A DNA stretch of 61,611 nt, counting the filler, from Choristocarpus tenellus KU-1152 (Eukaryota; Protista; Phaeophyceae), in assembly GCA_964200185.2 (NCBI GenBank). It is 14 parts of 14 records of this genome, joined end to end, with 100 filler letters (N's around TTAATTAATTAA, not from the genome) between each part and the next. Parts side by side here need not be neighbours in the genome. Positions count along the whole stretch, not along the records: positions 9,585 to 13,665 come from CAXNAD020016316.1; positions 13,766 to 17,648 come from CAXNAD020017384.1; positions 17,749 to 20,995 come from CAXNAD020021284.1; positions 21,096 to 27,389 come from CAXNAD020008468.1; 10 more parts are not named here. One strand, 5' to 3'. The first letter of the stretch is position 1; the number at the start of each line of letters is the position of its first letter. The notes under the pieces were generated by a model. It was not told where the DNA came from. It saw only the letters and a program-made list of their open reading frames with translations, and did not search any database. A program made the position numbers and the translations under genes. Below, in pieces: positions 12,701-24,146 of this stretch.

Positions 12701-13619
12701 TGAAAGCGATCAAGTGGGGGATGCTGCTGAGTTCCAAGGGCCCCCATGACTTTCTGGTTGCAGAAATTTCTGGAGCACGCAGTTCGCATAGCATTTCTGC
12801 TAATTTGTGAGTACACTTGGTTTGCAGGAGCAAGCCATCCTCATCAACACCATTTTTGAATGCCTTTGTGTTCCTTAAACAAAGTAACCCCCCTCCCCCC
12901 CAAAAAACTCAACACCACCAAAACACACATCCCTCCTATTGGTTGCTTTGATTCTCGGTCGGATTGGTCAAGGACATAAAGCAGCATTCACCTATAAATA
13001 TCCCTCCACCCCACCCACACCTTTTACAGACACAACATTCTAGCGCCTTTTCAGCTGCAAACCCCTCCTTTAAGTATGTCCCAACTCCCCCAGTGTTTGG
13101 GGGTCGCAACTTAATCAAGCAGTCTGGTTCTGCGCAGGGGACTGGGCCAACCAAGAACAGGGAGGGGTGACAATCACTTGGTCTCAACAACCAACTACTA
13201 CAACTGCAGCAGAGCACGTGCGCACTATCACTAGGTGCAGCTAAGATGGCAACCCCGACTATGCACCCTTTCCCTCACAATCCTTTCACAACTATGTACA
13301 TATACATATACAGCACATTTGTGCACAGTACTTGTACAGGTTAGAGGAAAGGAAACCTAGTGCTCCTATTTCCAAAGTGAAAAAGAACAGCCACAATAAT
13401 ACAACAATACAATACATACAGTGTCATGCCGTTTCCTGATTGCTTTCCTTTGCATACCTTGTATTTCTTCCTCTCCTCTGTCGCCGTGGCAAGCTTGGTC
13501 TCCATGATGTCTCTGTACTTGTGCATCTTCTCCTCATTTGCATCAAATTTGACCTTATCGTTGATCAAATCCGCCTTACGCTGCTCCAGGCTAGCCAAGA
13601 GACTGCTGCGATCTGTTTC
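9775..13619 (-). CDS. NDC80: Kinetochore protein NDC80/HEC1, coiled-coil and loop region (partial, 3 exons)
   Basis: Exons 13619-13458, 12408-12250 (LRERVAGQELSAEDVLHMKSERKRI), 9888-9775 (RSWELDMELSQQMETLHTTVHEYNSQARALMLVPKGAT). These resemble the Ndc80 'Q..S..D+.R+..ER' and 'EY..LAR.LKL+PKGA' segments; all phase 0. Confidence 0.85.
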
Positions 13620-14029
13620 CTAAGTCACAGATGGCGAGTGATGTACGTGCATCGAAGTGGGGGGGNNNNNNNNNNNNNNNNNNNNNNNNNNNNNNNNNNN
13701 NNNNNNNNNTTAATTAATTAANNNNNNNNNNNNNNNNNNNNNNNNNNNNNNNNNNNNNNNNNNNNTTGCTTGTTTATTAGTTATTAGTGCTTCCTATCTA
13801 AGTCAACGGTTATGTCAAAGTAGTTGAATGCGGAATAAATACCAATACATAATCCCATACATAATGCGGATGCACTATCTCATTAGTTACGGGACTCAAT
13901 TCAACACAATAATCTCATATACACAAAATAAGGTACACCTCACTATTGTCCTATTTTGCACATAGACCCCCCCCCCCCAGATACTTTGGGTTTCAACTCT
14001 ATACGTCCAACCCCAAGTCCAGGAACAAA

Positions 14030-14830
14030 GTTAATGTACGGCATCTTGCAAGAAGTGGGAGACACCAAACCACTGGTATGCAAGTTGTCTCAATCTCACC
14101 TCCTCTTCTTCCCTGGCGTCCTTGTTGGTGGCTACCTCCACCTGTTTCGCGACCTCTTCTATGTAGACGATTTGGTGGTATCGAACGGTCTCCACAGCTG
14201 CCTTTGTTGCGATCGCTTCTCCTCCACCTTGCGAGCCCTTTCGACCTTCTTTCGTACTTGAGAGTCCTTGTAGCCCAACCCTAGCACCTTCTGTCTCGTT
14301 TCCTAAAGCCACTCTGGCTCACATACCTTCCAAACAGGTAGGGCCTGCTGCAACTGTCGACTACTAAGATATTCTACACCCGGGATTTCGCTTAGGCGTT
14401 TCCTGAGCGCAATGGCACACAGTCGCACTGCCCTCCTCCCCAACCTTCCCTTCGGTCGGTCACTCTGGTTCTCCCTTCTTCGCCCACCGTGACCAGACTT
14501 ACCCACAGACTTGGTCATTGTACCACACCGTGTGATGGACTTGCTCCTCTCTTCCTGCTTTCCCGAGGCAGCAGAGACTGCAGAGCAGTGCTCTGATGTG
14601 GTTGAAGATCCAACCACGTTTGTGTGGTAACAATTTGCACGCATCTTCTCTCAGCGCCAGTATCCCGGCTGCGTGGCTCATTGCACGATTTGATTATGCT
14701 GCTGCGCCACACTACACGCACTTTCTCGTCACCAAACATCGCACCGAATGTCACACGGTACTTGTTTTTTTGTCACCTCTCGACAGAGAAGGTGCCGAGG
14801 GTAGATCCAGGGGGCAGAGTGGCCTCTGAG
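14030..14830 (-). mobile_element. Possible decayed LTR-retrotransposon gag fragment
   Basis: Coding-like block interrupted in all frames. An R/G-rich stretch (RRGRETGGGSHQQGRQGRRGG) is followed, after a frameshift, by YQWFGVSHFLQD, a degenerate CX2CX4HX4C knuckle. Confidence 0.3.
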
Positions 14831-16108
14831 GGGTAAGCTATTGGTACCACTTTATCACATATATTGACTAAGTAGTGTCCACTGATTTGTGTTATGTGCT
14901 AGATACACTTGTTATACTGACGACAAGTAAGTGATTAATCGTAAGTTAGGACGATTGCAAACCCCACACTATATGAATAGTAATGGATGCCATCAGTTGT
15001 GAGCCCCATGACTTCAGTCAACGGAATTGAGACCATAAGCCCCTTGTGACATTAGCATTATATATTCACACCAACAAGCATTGTCCTCGGCCAAGGCACA
15101 GGATTGATCATCGTGACCGTGGATCAAGCATGGAATACTTCATCATCTTCCCCAACAGATCGTTGTGGTTGTGTAGGAACGGTGTTGTCGACCCTCGAGC
15201 ATCATGCCAGCTCAGGCGACCATGACACTTGTCGTGTCCTTTTCCAGGACAGTCTTGTTTCTTCCCCATGTTCAACTGTTCATGAGGTGGACACTTTGCA
15301 GGTTCAGTTAGGTGATGCTATCCCTGCGTTCATTATGCACCACATCAACGAGTGCGTCAGAACATATGCCATACCCCCCGAACGGCTTCAGGATCTCTTG
15401 GAATATTCATTTTTTTTTACAAATGTGCGTAAGGATATTTAGTGAATTATGTAAAGAAAAAATCAAACAATAGACAGGTCAAACTTAAAACTTCATCCAT
15501 AAATAATATATATATGGCTGAATTGCAGACGATTGAGAAACAGACCTCAACTGCAAATCGACCTAAGCCTGGGTGCTTCTCATATGCTTTGACTCTCTGT
15601 TCCTCTCAACCGTTGGTCTGCGTGACCCTTCCTGCCTTACAGATCATCATCAGAAGAAAGAGAAATGCAAGAATAACTGACACATTTTATACGACGATAT
15701 TGAGAAATAATCTTCGAAAGAGAACACGACTTTTTTTGCGATTTGGACAAGATCAGATGCACTTCACAAAAATAATTCCTAAATAGCCACCACTCATTAT
15801 TTAATCATTTGAACAATTTTGGTGTACCTTGAAGAAAAAGTCTTGGAACACCAACACCACCTTTTCTACAACTTGGGTAAGATCAGGTACACCTTGACGA
15901 AAGCACTTGTAGAATGGTCGCCAAACCCATTCTTCCTTGTTGGACAAAATTTGATGGACCTTGAAATCACCCCTACTATCGACTTTGGGAATACCTCAAA
16001 TATATCCAAATATGTGGTAGGTTCAGATCACTTTGTCCTTTCGCCAAATTGATCGTACCAATCGGGATAAGGGTATCACTCAATTATAAACCACTCCACT
16101 ATCCACTC

Positions 16109-16160
16109 TATTTTATTATTGTACCCTCTGACATTTTACAGATGTGTCAGGAGAAAAAAA
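16109..16160. repeat. Short dispersed repeat; inverted copy at 42984-43036
   Basis: tattttattattgtaccctctgacattttacagatgtgtcagg nearly matches the reverse complement of ccttgacacatctgcaaaatgtcagagggcataataataaaaata. Confidence 0.7.
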
Positions 16161-17092
16161 ACAATGAAAACTATTCACATGTTTTTATTTATCTATTTAC
16201 TATTCACTACCAGTTATGTTGTATCACTCCCTTCCTGTGCCTCCAACCTAGCTTATTCCCTCACCCCAAGATGAGGACCTAGGGAAACATCCCAAAATCT
16301 AACAAACCCCTCCTTGGCCATCTCCCTCGTGTCTCCACCTTAAATCTATCCTCTATCCTCCCATTTCTTATTTGATAGGATTGCTGATTAGTTGATGGAT
16401 CGTCTACAAATGTGGTTATTATATAAAATTGATTTTGACATAGAGAATGCTGACACACGTTTGTCAAACATAAAAAATCGAGTTTTCACTACAGTTTGAC
16501 AAGATGAGAAATGGGAGGGTATTCCGAATAGTCGAGTTTTCTGTTTAAACGTGTGTTTGACAGCTACATGTAGCCTCATACTATAGGACAAGGCCTACTG
16601 AAGAAACAATAGTTGTAGTCGGTCCTCATCAATATATGTACTCCAAATTTGAGGAATAAACATTCAAAAATGTCACCTCCGACATTGTCCTCTACTAGGA
16701 GTTGTGTACACAGTTGTGCCCCTAACCTTTCTTGTGTGACGTTGTGTGCCGCCCACTAAACCACAACTCTAATTTATAAGGTGGTTGGTTATGAATCAAA
16801 GAGTTGTAATCTGTACAGAAAAATAACATAAAGACACATTTTGCCTAAGCTACTTCGTAGTAGTGTTCTTCTGTATGCCCAAAGATATCTCGCAAATGTT
16901 GTGGGGGTGGGGGTGGACAAGAAACAACATAAAAGGCAGAGAATAGGTACAACAACAGTCTCCATTGCTTACGAAAAGGGCCCTACGATACACTAACAAT
17001 ATCAACTATTGTCAGACCTTTACTTCCACTTTTACCTGCTGCAGGCTGCCGGTTCAGCTAAATATGATTTTCTCAATACACTTCACACCTCA

Positions 17093-17353
17093 GAGTGAAA
17101 GTATCTTAGAGGGTACGAGTTTTGCCCTGTTTATCCGTTTGAGGCTTGGCTTCTCATGGGATTTTTTATGACATTTTTTCCTACTCCAAAATATTTCGGA
17201 GTAGGTAAAATGTATACGTTATGAAAAGGTGTGTCCGAAACAAGGATTTTGACACTTCCTAACAAACACGGTAGCCAAAATTACATCAAAATCGAAACAT
17301 TGAATTGTGGCCTCCAAATGAACGCGACTTTACCCTCTAAAATACTTTAGCTC
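17093..17353. mobile_element. MITE-like family B copy
   Basis: GAGTGAAAGTATCTTAGAGGGTAC ... TACCCTCTAAAATACTTTAGCTC; collinear with 32455-32715. No matching TSD seen. Confidence 0.85.
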
Positions 17354-17810
17354 AACGATATATTCGTAAAATTATCTAAAGAGCAACTAACGTATAAAAT
17401 AGAACTAATTATATACATCGAAATTTCATTGAAGGTGTTTGTAATAGATAAAGTGATAAATATAAATATTTGAAAAATTATTTGATGAATTTAATTACCT
17501 AAATATTCTCCACATATATCTACTATAAAATGCAATAAAAAAAAAAGAATAGACATATTAAAAATATACAAATTGTGGAAGTGACCAAGGTGCCAAGTTC
17601 TCTGCTCAAGGGGGCAATCACAATCACCGGAGTGAACTCTTCCACCTCNNNNNNNNNNNNNNNNNNNNNNNNNNNNNNNNNNNNNNNNNNNNTTAATTAA
17701 TTAANNNNNNNNNNNNNNNNNNNNNNNNNNNNNNNNNNNNNNNNNNNNGTGTTAGGTTGAGAAGGGTACGTGAACAAGTTGAGGGTATCAATATAAGCTC
17801 TGAAGTGGCC

Positions 17811-20800
17811 ATGTCTGGGGCAGGCGCAACACTTAACAAGAAGAGCTTCCTTGAACGACTTCAACGCCTTCACACACAATGGTTAAAAGGTGAGCGTGAG
17901 GATGGCAGAGATACAGGGGGTCTGTTTTGGATCCTTGTGCCTTTCGCTGCCTTTCGGTCTATAAAATGCATTTTCTATGCATCCGCTCACATGGATCCTG
18001 CCTGCAGATATTATGAATACATTCAAACCTCATTAATCTTGATTTAACGATGCCTTGTTCCCACAATTTTCTTGCTCGTGACTCTGGTACAAGCCTGTGT
18101 AGTAGATCATGTTTGTTCCACTGCACTGTACTGGTCCCCGACCAGGCGAATGGACTAGATTCAGTGATAAGATATCACGTTGGATTCTCGATCCTCTTAT
18201 AAGCTGGATAAATTTGCCTTTATCAAGTTCAAAGTTCCTCCCAACCTTTCCCGTTTCCCTTGCCCTTGGACCAACTTATCGACCTGTAAGCCACAACCAC
18301 CTTCTCTCCGCACCCTTCCCGTCAGCACCTCAGAGTAGGACCTCCTCCCCAAAACGCGCCGATTTCATATCTCATATGACATGCAACCTGTTGAACAACT
18401 GTTAACTCACCCTATTTACTATAAAACCACACAGCCCCAAATCATCAGATGTGGGGTGGAGCTTCCGCAATTTGTGTTCCATCAGGCGTGGCTAACGAGG
18501 AGGACTCGTACAAGAAGTCAGTGGCCGTTCATCTGCACCTGTTCGCCTGGGAACTTCCTGACACTGTGCTTGTGAGACTCCATCCCCCCCCCCAACCACC
18601 TACCCTTGTCGGGACTCGATCTCTATTCCGCAAAACTTGCGTACTATGCACCTTACCCACAATAGTCTTTATTTTTGCTACCTCTCTCCATATTTTGTGA
18701 GTCCTGCAAGGCTTCGGGGTAAGCAGGGGTAAGCAGGATGAGGGTTAGGGAGATGGGCAGAAGTGCTGTTGTTGCTCCGTTGATATGTCTGCTGGCGATG
18801 GAGTCAATGTACTAGGGTAGTGATGATAACGAGGTAAGTTTCATCTTTGGGCTTTGAATCAAAGGAGGACTGTACTTAATGTGTACCTCTGTACCTGTTG
18901 GAAAAGCGTTCCATGCATTTATTTAGGTGGTACTGTCATTATGCTGTAGCATTATGCAAACATTACTGTGAGGTGTGTACTGCTGTATGCATACTGGTGG
19001 TCTGTAGTCTCAAAGAGAAAAGTAAGCACTGTGCAACAAATTGGGCCACCTGAGAAAGGACATCCACAGTCAAATCGAAGTAATTCCTACCTTTTTTTTT
19101 AATTTTAACAAGGACTAGGTTTAGTGGCTTGATTTTGACTTCACATCCAGAAGGAAAATATTGCCTTGATTTTTTGGTACACATTCAAAGAATGAGATAC
19201 TGTACGTTGATGAAAAAAGAAGTGAGCCTTTTCCTAAGTTTTTGAAATCATTGTAGTTCTTAATAAATGACAACTGAAAACCTTTTCTTTTTCTCGCAAG
19301 TACACCTGGGCAGTTTTTTCAGCCAAAAGTATCAAGACCAAGAGTGGTCTCGGGAGTGGATATTCACTGTTACGATGTTGAATCTCTCTTCCTCTCTATC
19401 CTTCTCCCTATTTTTGTGTGTTTAGCATCGTGCAATAAGCAACTCAGGACAATAAGGTGGTCTGCATACACCAGCAACTATTAGTTGAGGTGCACGCCTA
19501 CATACGCTTTTACTGTGAAATTTTTGAAATTTTTGCTGAGATATTTTAGACATCCAGTGCCACCCTCGACAAAGTCAGTGAAGAGGAAACAGGCACAGTT
19601 CACATCCAGTCAAAATTCAAGTGTAATTAGCACCCATCTCTCCATCTCTCCAGGCTTCCAACCGATGATAACTCACCAACCACGCTTCTCAATGTAGCAT
19701 TTTTCAGGCCAAGCAGATGCCTCTGCTGTTCTCTATCAGGGTAATGTTCTTTATCCTCACTCGGTGTGTTGCCCGTTTTCACCATAGTTGTAGGGTTCAA
19801 ACGCATCTTGTCTGCTTTGGTGGGTTTCAGACTGCAGGCGTAAGTTGGCTTGGTTTAGTGATTTCACTGCCGGGGGAGAGGAGAAAAGGCGGTTGGGCAT
19901 TGATTGATAGAGAGGACTTTTTGTGTGTGCTTGTGAACCTCCCACACAGGATGTTACAGAGAACAAAGAAAAAAATGTGTTATGAAATTGGACAAGTCCA
20001 GAGAGTTGTCGATCAAATCGATACGAGCATGGACATGGTGCACCCGAGTGTCACAGTGGAGTTCCAGTGGAGTGCATGGCATGTACATACATATGATTAA
20101 ATGGGATTGTATTGAAGGAAAGCCTTTGATGTTGAGATGCCGGTGGTTAGTTTGACTTGTTGAATTATGGGGATTTGAATCGAAATGAATTGCAATGCTA
20201 GGATTTGAAAATGATGGGATTTGGAAGCTGTATTGTTGATGATGGTAGTTGTAGCTTTGAATGTACCTGAAGTGAATGTAAATTACAGCTTCATGTGTTG
20301 TGTGCTTTGAGGATTGAGACGAATCATAGTGGTAGAAAAGGGGGGGGGGAGCAGTAGGTGGGAGTATATACAATTTGAAATCATTGGAAGTCAACTACAA
20401 CTACCTGAACAAAAGCACGCTGCACCCTTGTTTCTATTTTCTTTTTTCCGATACCCATACTTCCCATTTCCCACTCCAATTCTGTAACAACCATTCTTCC
20501 TGTTGACATAAGCAATGTCTCGTACGCAATCCCTAAGAATCATTCTATTAATAGTTCCCCCCCCTCCCCCCCCGGGTGGTTCCTGTCTGCTGCCACTGTT
20601 GCTCTTTTGTTTGTTCTGTGTGTTGTACAATTTCTATTTGTTTCTTTAACTTTTGATTGATTTTTATGTGTGTTGTGCGTGTTATGTGTGTTACGTGTGT
20701 TGTGTGGTGTACAATTTCTGTTGGCTGCTTTTGCTTATTGTCAACTTGTGTGTGTTGTGTGTTTGTTTCTTGATATATGTTTGCTTATTGTCAACTTGTG

Positions 20801-20952
20801 TGTGTTGTGTGTGTGTTGTGTGTTTGTTTCTTGATATATGTTTGCTTTTCGTTCAGTTGCTTGCCAAGGATGGCACACTCTATGTTCTGGGTACCCCGAA
20901 GAAATGCATGTTTCTTCAGGACGCGACCATGGAGGAAGGGGGAGATGTGCGG
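17811..20952 (+). CDS. SPT16: FACT complex subunit SPT16, N-terminal lobe (first 3 exons)
   Basis: Exons 17811-17889 (MSGAGATLNKKSFLERLQRLHTQWLK), 18435-18571 (MWGGASAICVPSGVANEEDSYKKSVAVHLHLFAWELPDTVL), 20857-20952 (LLAKDGTLYVLGTPKKCMFLQ). Matches the Spt16 pattern Y.KS.A+..WLFG+EL.DT+...KK..FL; phases are consistent. Confidence 0.9.
20730..20848. repeat. ~50-60-bp tandem duplication just upstream of an SPT16 splice acceptor
   Basis: ttgcttattgtcaacttgtgtgtgttgtgtg...tttgtttcttgatatatgt occurs twice. Confidence 0.8.
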
Positions 20953-22408
20953 GTGGGTCATTGGATGTGGAGGGACGAGAGATGGGGGAAGGGGGNNNNN
21001 NNNNNNNNNNNNNNNNNNNNNNNNNNNNNNNNNNNNNNNTTAATTAATTAANNNNNNNNNNNNNNNNNNNNNNNNNNNNNNNNNNNNNNNNNNNNGGGGG
21101 GGGGGGGGGGTGGGGGGGGGGGGGGGGGGGGGGGGTGATTCTTTGTTCTTTTTTCCAGAGTGGAGAGGGTGCAGGAGTCACAATCATCAAATTGATCTGT
21201 CTCAATGCAAAAACATGATAATTCCGTGTACAGTGACAAATCACGCCATACCAACAATAGAAGCTACTGTAGGGGGGGTGTCCTGCAGACAGAAAAGGTG
21301 CACAAGGAGGCGCGTTTTTGCAATGCTAATAGAAGATAGTCTTCACATCTGCGCTCACTGCCTCTTTCCAATGTTGGTCGGAGAATCAAGATAATAAAAA
21401 AGGACACTCTAGGCTGCAATCTGGACGAGGTTGTTTGGTGCAGCCAACAGAAAATTCCAGTGGAGCAGCAAATCATTTTCTTCACCAAAACAAACTTTAC
21501 CAAAAGTGTTTTATATTCTAACTGTGGGAGAAGCGAGAAATAAACCATACAGAGAAAAAAATATATATATATTTTTTTCCGTCTCATTTTGGGGCAATTT
21601 TGTGAGGAGTTGGGAGATACAGGCGAGAAGATCATCGGCAGGTTTTCCCATTCCTCCACATGAACACAAAATCAAGAGATGAAACATCCACAGCCCAAAC
21701 GCCCTTCAAAATAGAAGGAATGACCTACATGCCACAGTAGGACAACAGCAAGTATTAACAATGTAAGAAATCACTACATATAAAAATCATCTTGGTGTAA
21801 CAAAAACATAAAAAAAATGTCTAGGAAACATTAAGAGCCGATAAAAAAGAATATGGAACCAACTGCGATAACCTACGGAGCTACAATACATTGGGCAACA
21901 CATCAACTGCATGGAGTGCTTGCTCCCCAGACTACAGAAAAAAATGTCTTACCCCAAAATAGCACAATGGAAAGTATGGTTAGCAAGTTACGGTCGATTG
22001 GGAACTTGGCCTGATGGAGGTAACAGACGACTGGGGTACTTGGGCTAAGACTTAAGTAAGATACGTACGGTGTGGTTTTTCCCTACACCTGAATTGACTG
22101 TGGGTGGAGTTGGACAAATTTTCTATTGGGGCTATACAAAATTTGAAAAGTCAATATGCACAACTTGGGTTGCAGCTCCCAACTGGCAATCCTTTCCTAC
22201 CCTCACCTCTTACTGCAAAAAAAGGTTAAGTGACAATACGGAAAAAGGTTAAAATTGTGTACCTTCTCTACTTGCACATTCATCTCCTCAACCTCATTCC
22301 CCCCAAATGGGGGGATGCACTCAAAGCAAAACTTGTTCAAAGAATGAAGAACCAAGGCAGCTATTGCTCGGATAGTTTAACAACCCACAACTTGGCTTTG
22401 AAGCACAC

Positions 22409-23735
22409 CTATCCAATCCAGCAAACCATAGCACTGGCAGAAGCGCACCCACCTCTATTGCGCGCCTTACTCCTAGCACCAAGGGCATGTCCCCCTCTTG
22501 GAAGTCCAGTCCCGCTTCCCGCCCCTGCCTCTGCCCCACTTCCCGCCGATGTCCCCAACCCTCCACTTACTCCCATCCCAATAAAGCCTTGCGAATGCGC
22601 ACCAGCCCCCGCACCCATGACCTGCCCACCTTCGTCCTTGTCTAGCTTAACCTTCTTGACAAGCTTCCCTTCCTGGTCCAAAGACATTGTGGCACGTAAC
22701 AACGATACGTACTCTTCTTGTGGGCAGGTACAGGCTTTGATTTGCCCAGTGCCACCCTCCTGAAATGAGAACCAGGTAGAGATTTGTGAACCGTTGTAGG
22801 GAAGAAGGGGCGGGGAGGGGGAAGCGAGAGAGAGGAAGGAGACGGAAGGGGGGGCATGGGGCGAAGAGCCAATACCTAGCCAGTTGGGTATGACCACGGG
22901 TGATGCTGTGTGCCTTGGCTGTGGCAACACCATATAGAAGCTCTTCCATGGTACTACTTGATTTAGCGGGAGTATAATAGCTACCCCATTACCTCTTAAT
23001 ATAAACTCCGTATAGCCCTGGGGAATATCTAATCTGATTCTTCAACACCATCGTGTGGAAATATGGCAGTTGCTTCATCGAGCAAATTTGACGAAAGGGT
23101 CAAGCATGAAATACACAACCTATCCCATTTCATCATTATGAAGCCATGCAAACCCACGATCCCCTGCCCTTCAAATAAACCGAAAGACACGGTATGGCGT
23201 TGAGACGTCCAGATATGAAATGCTGTTTCCCGCCATTGCCTTGTCTGTCAGAGGTGCCCTCTTTCTACCCACCGTAGGGGGCCAATGTTACTAGCCACGA
23301 TCACACTATCAATTGCACTTTGGTATGCACTCAGTACCTTTTGCAGTCGCATGAGATAAGTTACTCACCCCAAGGATGTGCTGAGCTATGCGGCAGGGAG
23401 CGCCAGTGAACTCAGCGTGACAGGATTTGCACCTCCACCGTGGATTGGGTCCAGATCGAAGAACTTCGACACAACGCCATACTGGGCCGTCCTTTGAGCG
23501 TGACCTGCAAATCGGAATGTGGAAAAGCAGCAGAGTCTCAAAAGTTTGACGAGCAAGTGCAGAGATGATGGGATGACTGTGTGGTGCCAACACCCATCCT
23601 CAAACTTTTCTTTGAAAAAATCCACAAATCGGACACAATGGGGAAAAACCTTCCCCACCTTGCCACAGGTGATTTGGGAGGGACCGTTTTGGGAGTGAGG
23701 GACTTGGTGTCCATGTTGAAAGTCCCCGTAGACAT
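22409..23735 (-). CDS. BED-type zinc-finger protein with Gly-rich tail (3 exons; 3' end uncertain)
   Basis: Exons 23735-23659 (MSTGTFNMDTKSLTPKTVPPKSPVA), 23504-23369 (SRSKDGPVWRCVEVLRSGPNPRWRCKSCHAEFTGAPCRIAQHILG, donor GTGAGT), 22759-22409 (EGGTGQIKACTCPQEEY...). The W...CxxC...F.G...R+..H+.G...+..C pattern is that of hAT-type BED fingers. Confidence 0.75.
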
Positions 23736-24146
23736 ATGTCCACAACCAACCCTCAAAAGGATGTTGGATCTCAGTCTATCCTTGGGAAATTATCAGCGCA
23801 CGTTCTATCTACCATCAAAGTACTACTAGATTCTTATCGATGCTGGGAGGAACTGCACTGGTATAGGTTGGAGGTCTCTCCTTCACAGATTCTCACCAAA
23901 GTCGATTCTTCCGTTTGTACGCGTCTTCAAAAAAATGTGTCAACAACTCCACTCTCAGTCCTAACCCTAAGGTGTTGAATATATTTTGAAAGTAAGGGAC
24001 TATTATTTGAATGAAGTCTTCTAGTGAATGCAAAACACTAGTACTACTCTTACACTAATGAAGTGAATTGTTTGAAGGGGGGTTTACATTGTCGTGCGGA
24101 ATTTCGAAAGTCTTACGCAGCTACGACGATACCGTCCACAGCCGAG

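Noticed and set aside
21096-21136. Long poly-G/C runs at contig ends as functional G-quadruplexes
   Set aside because: They sit at assembly breaks, often at MITE-A G-tracts, so their length is unreliable and may be a sequencing artefact.
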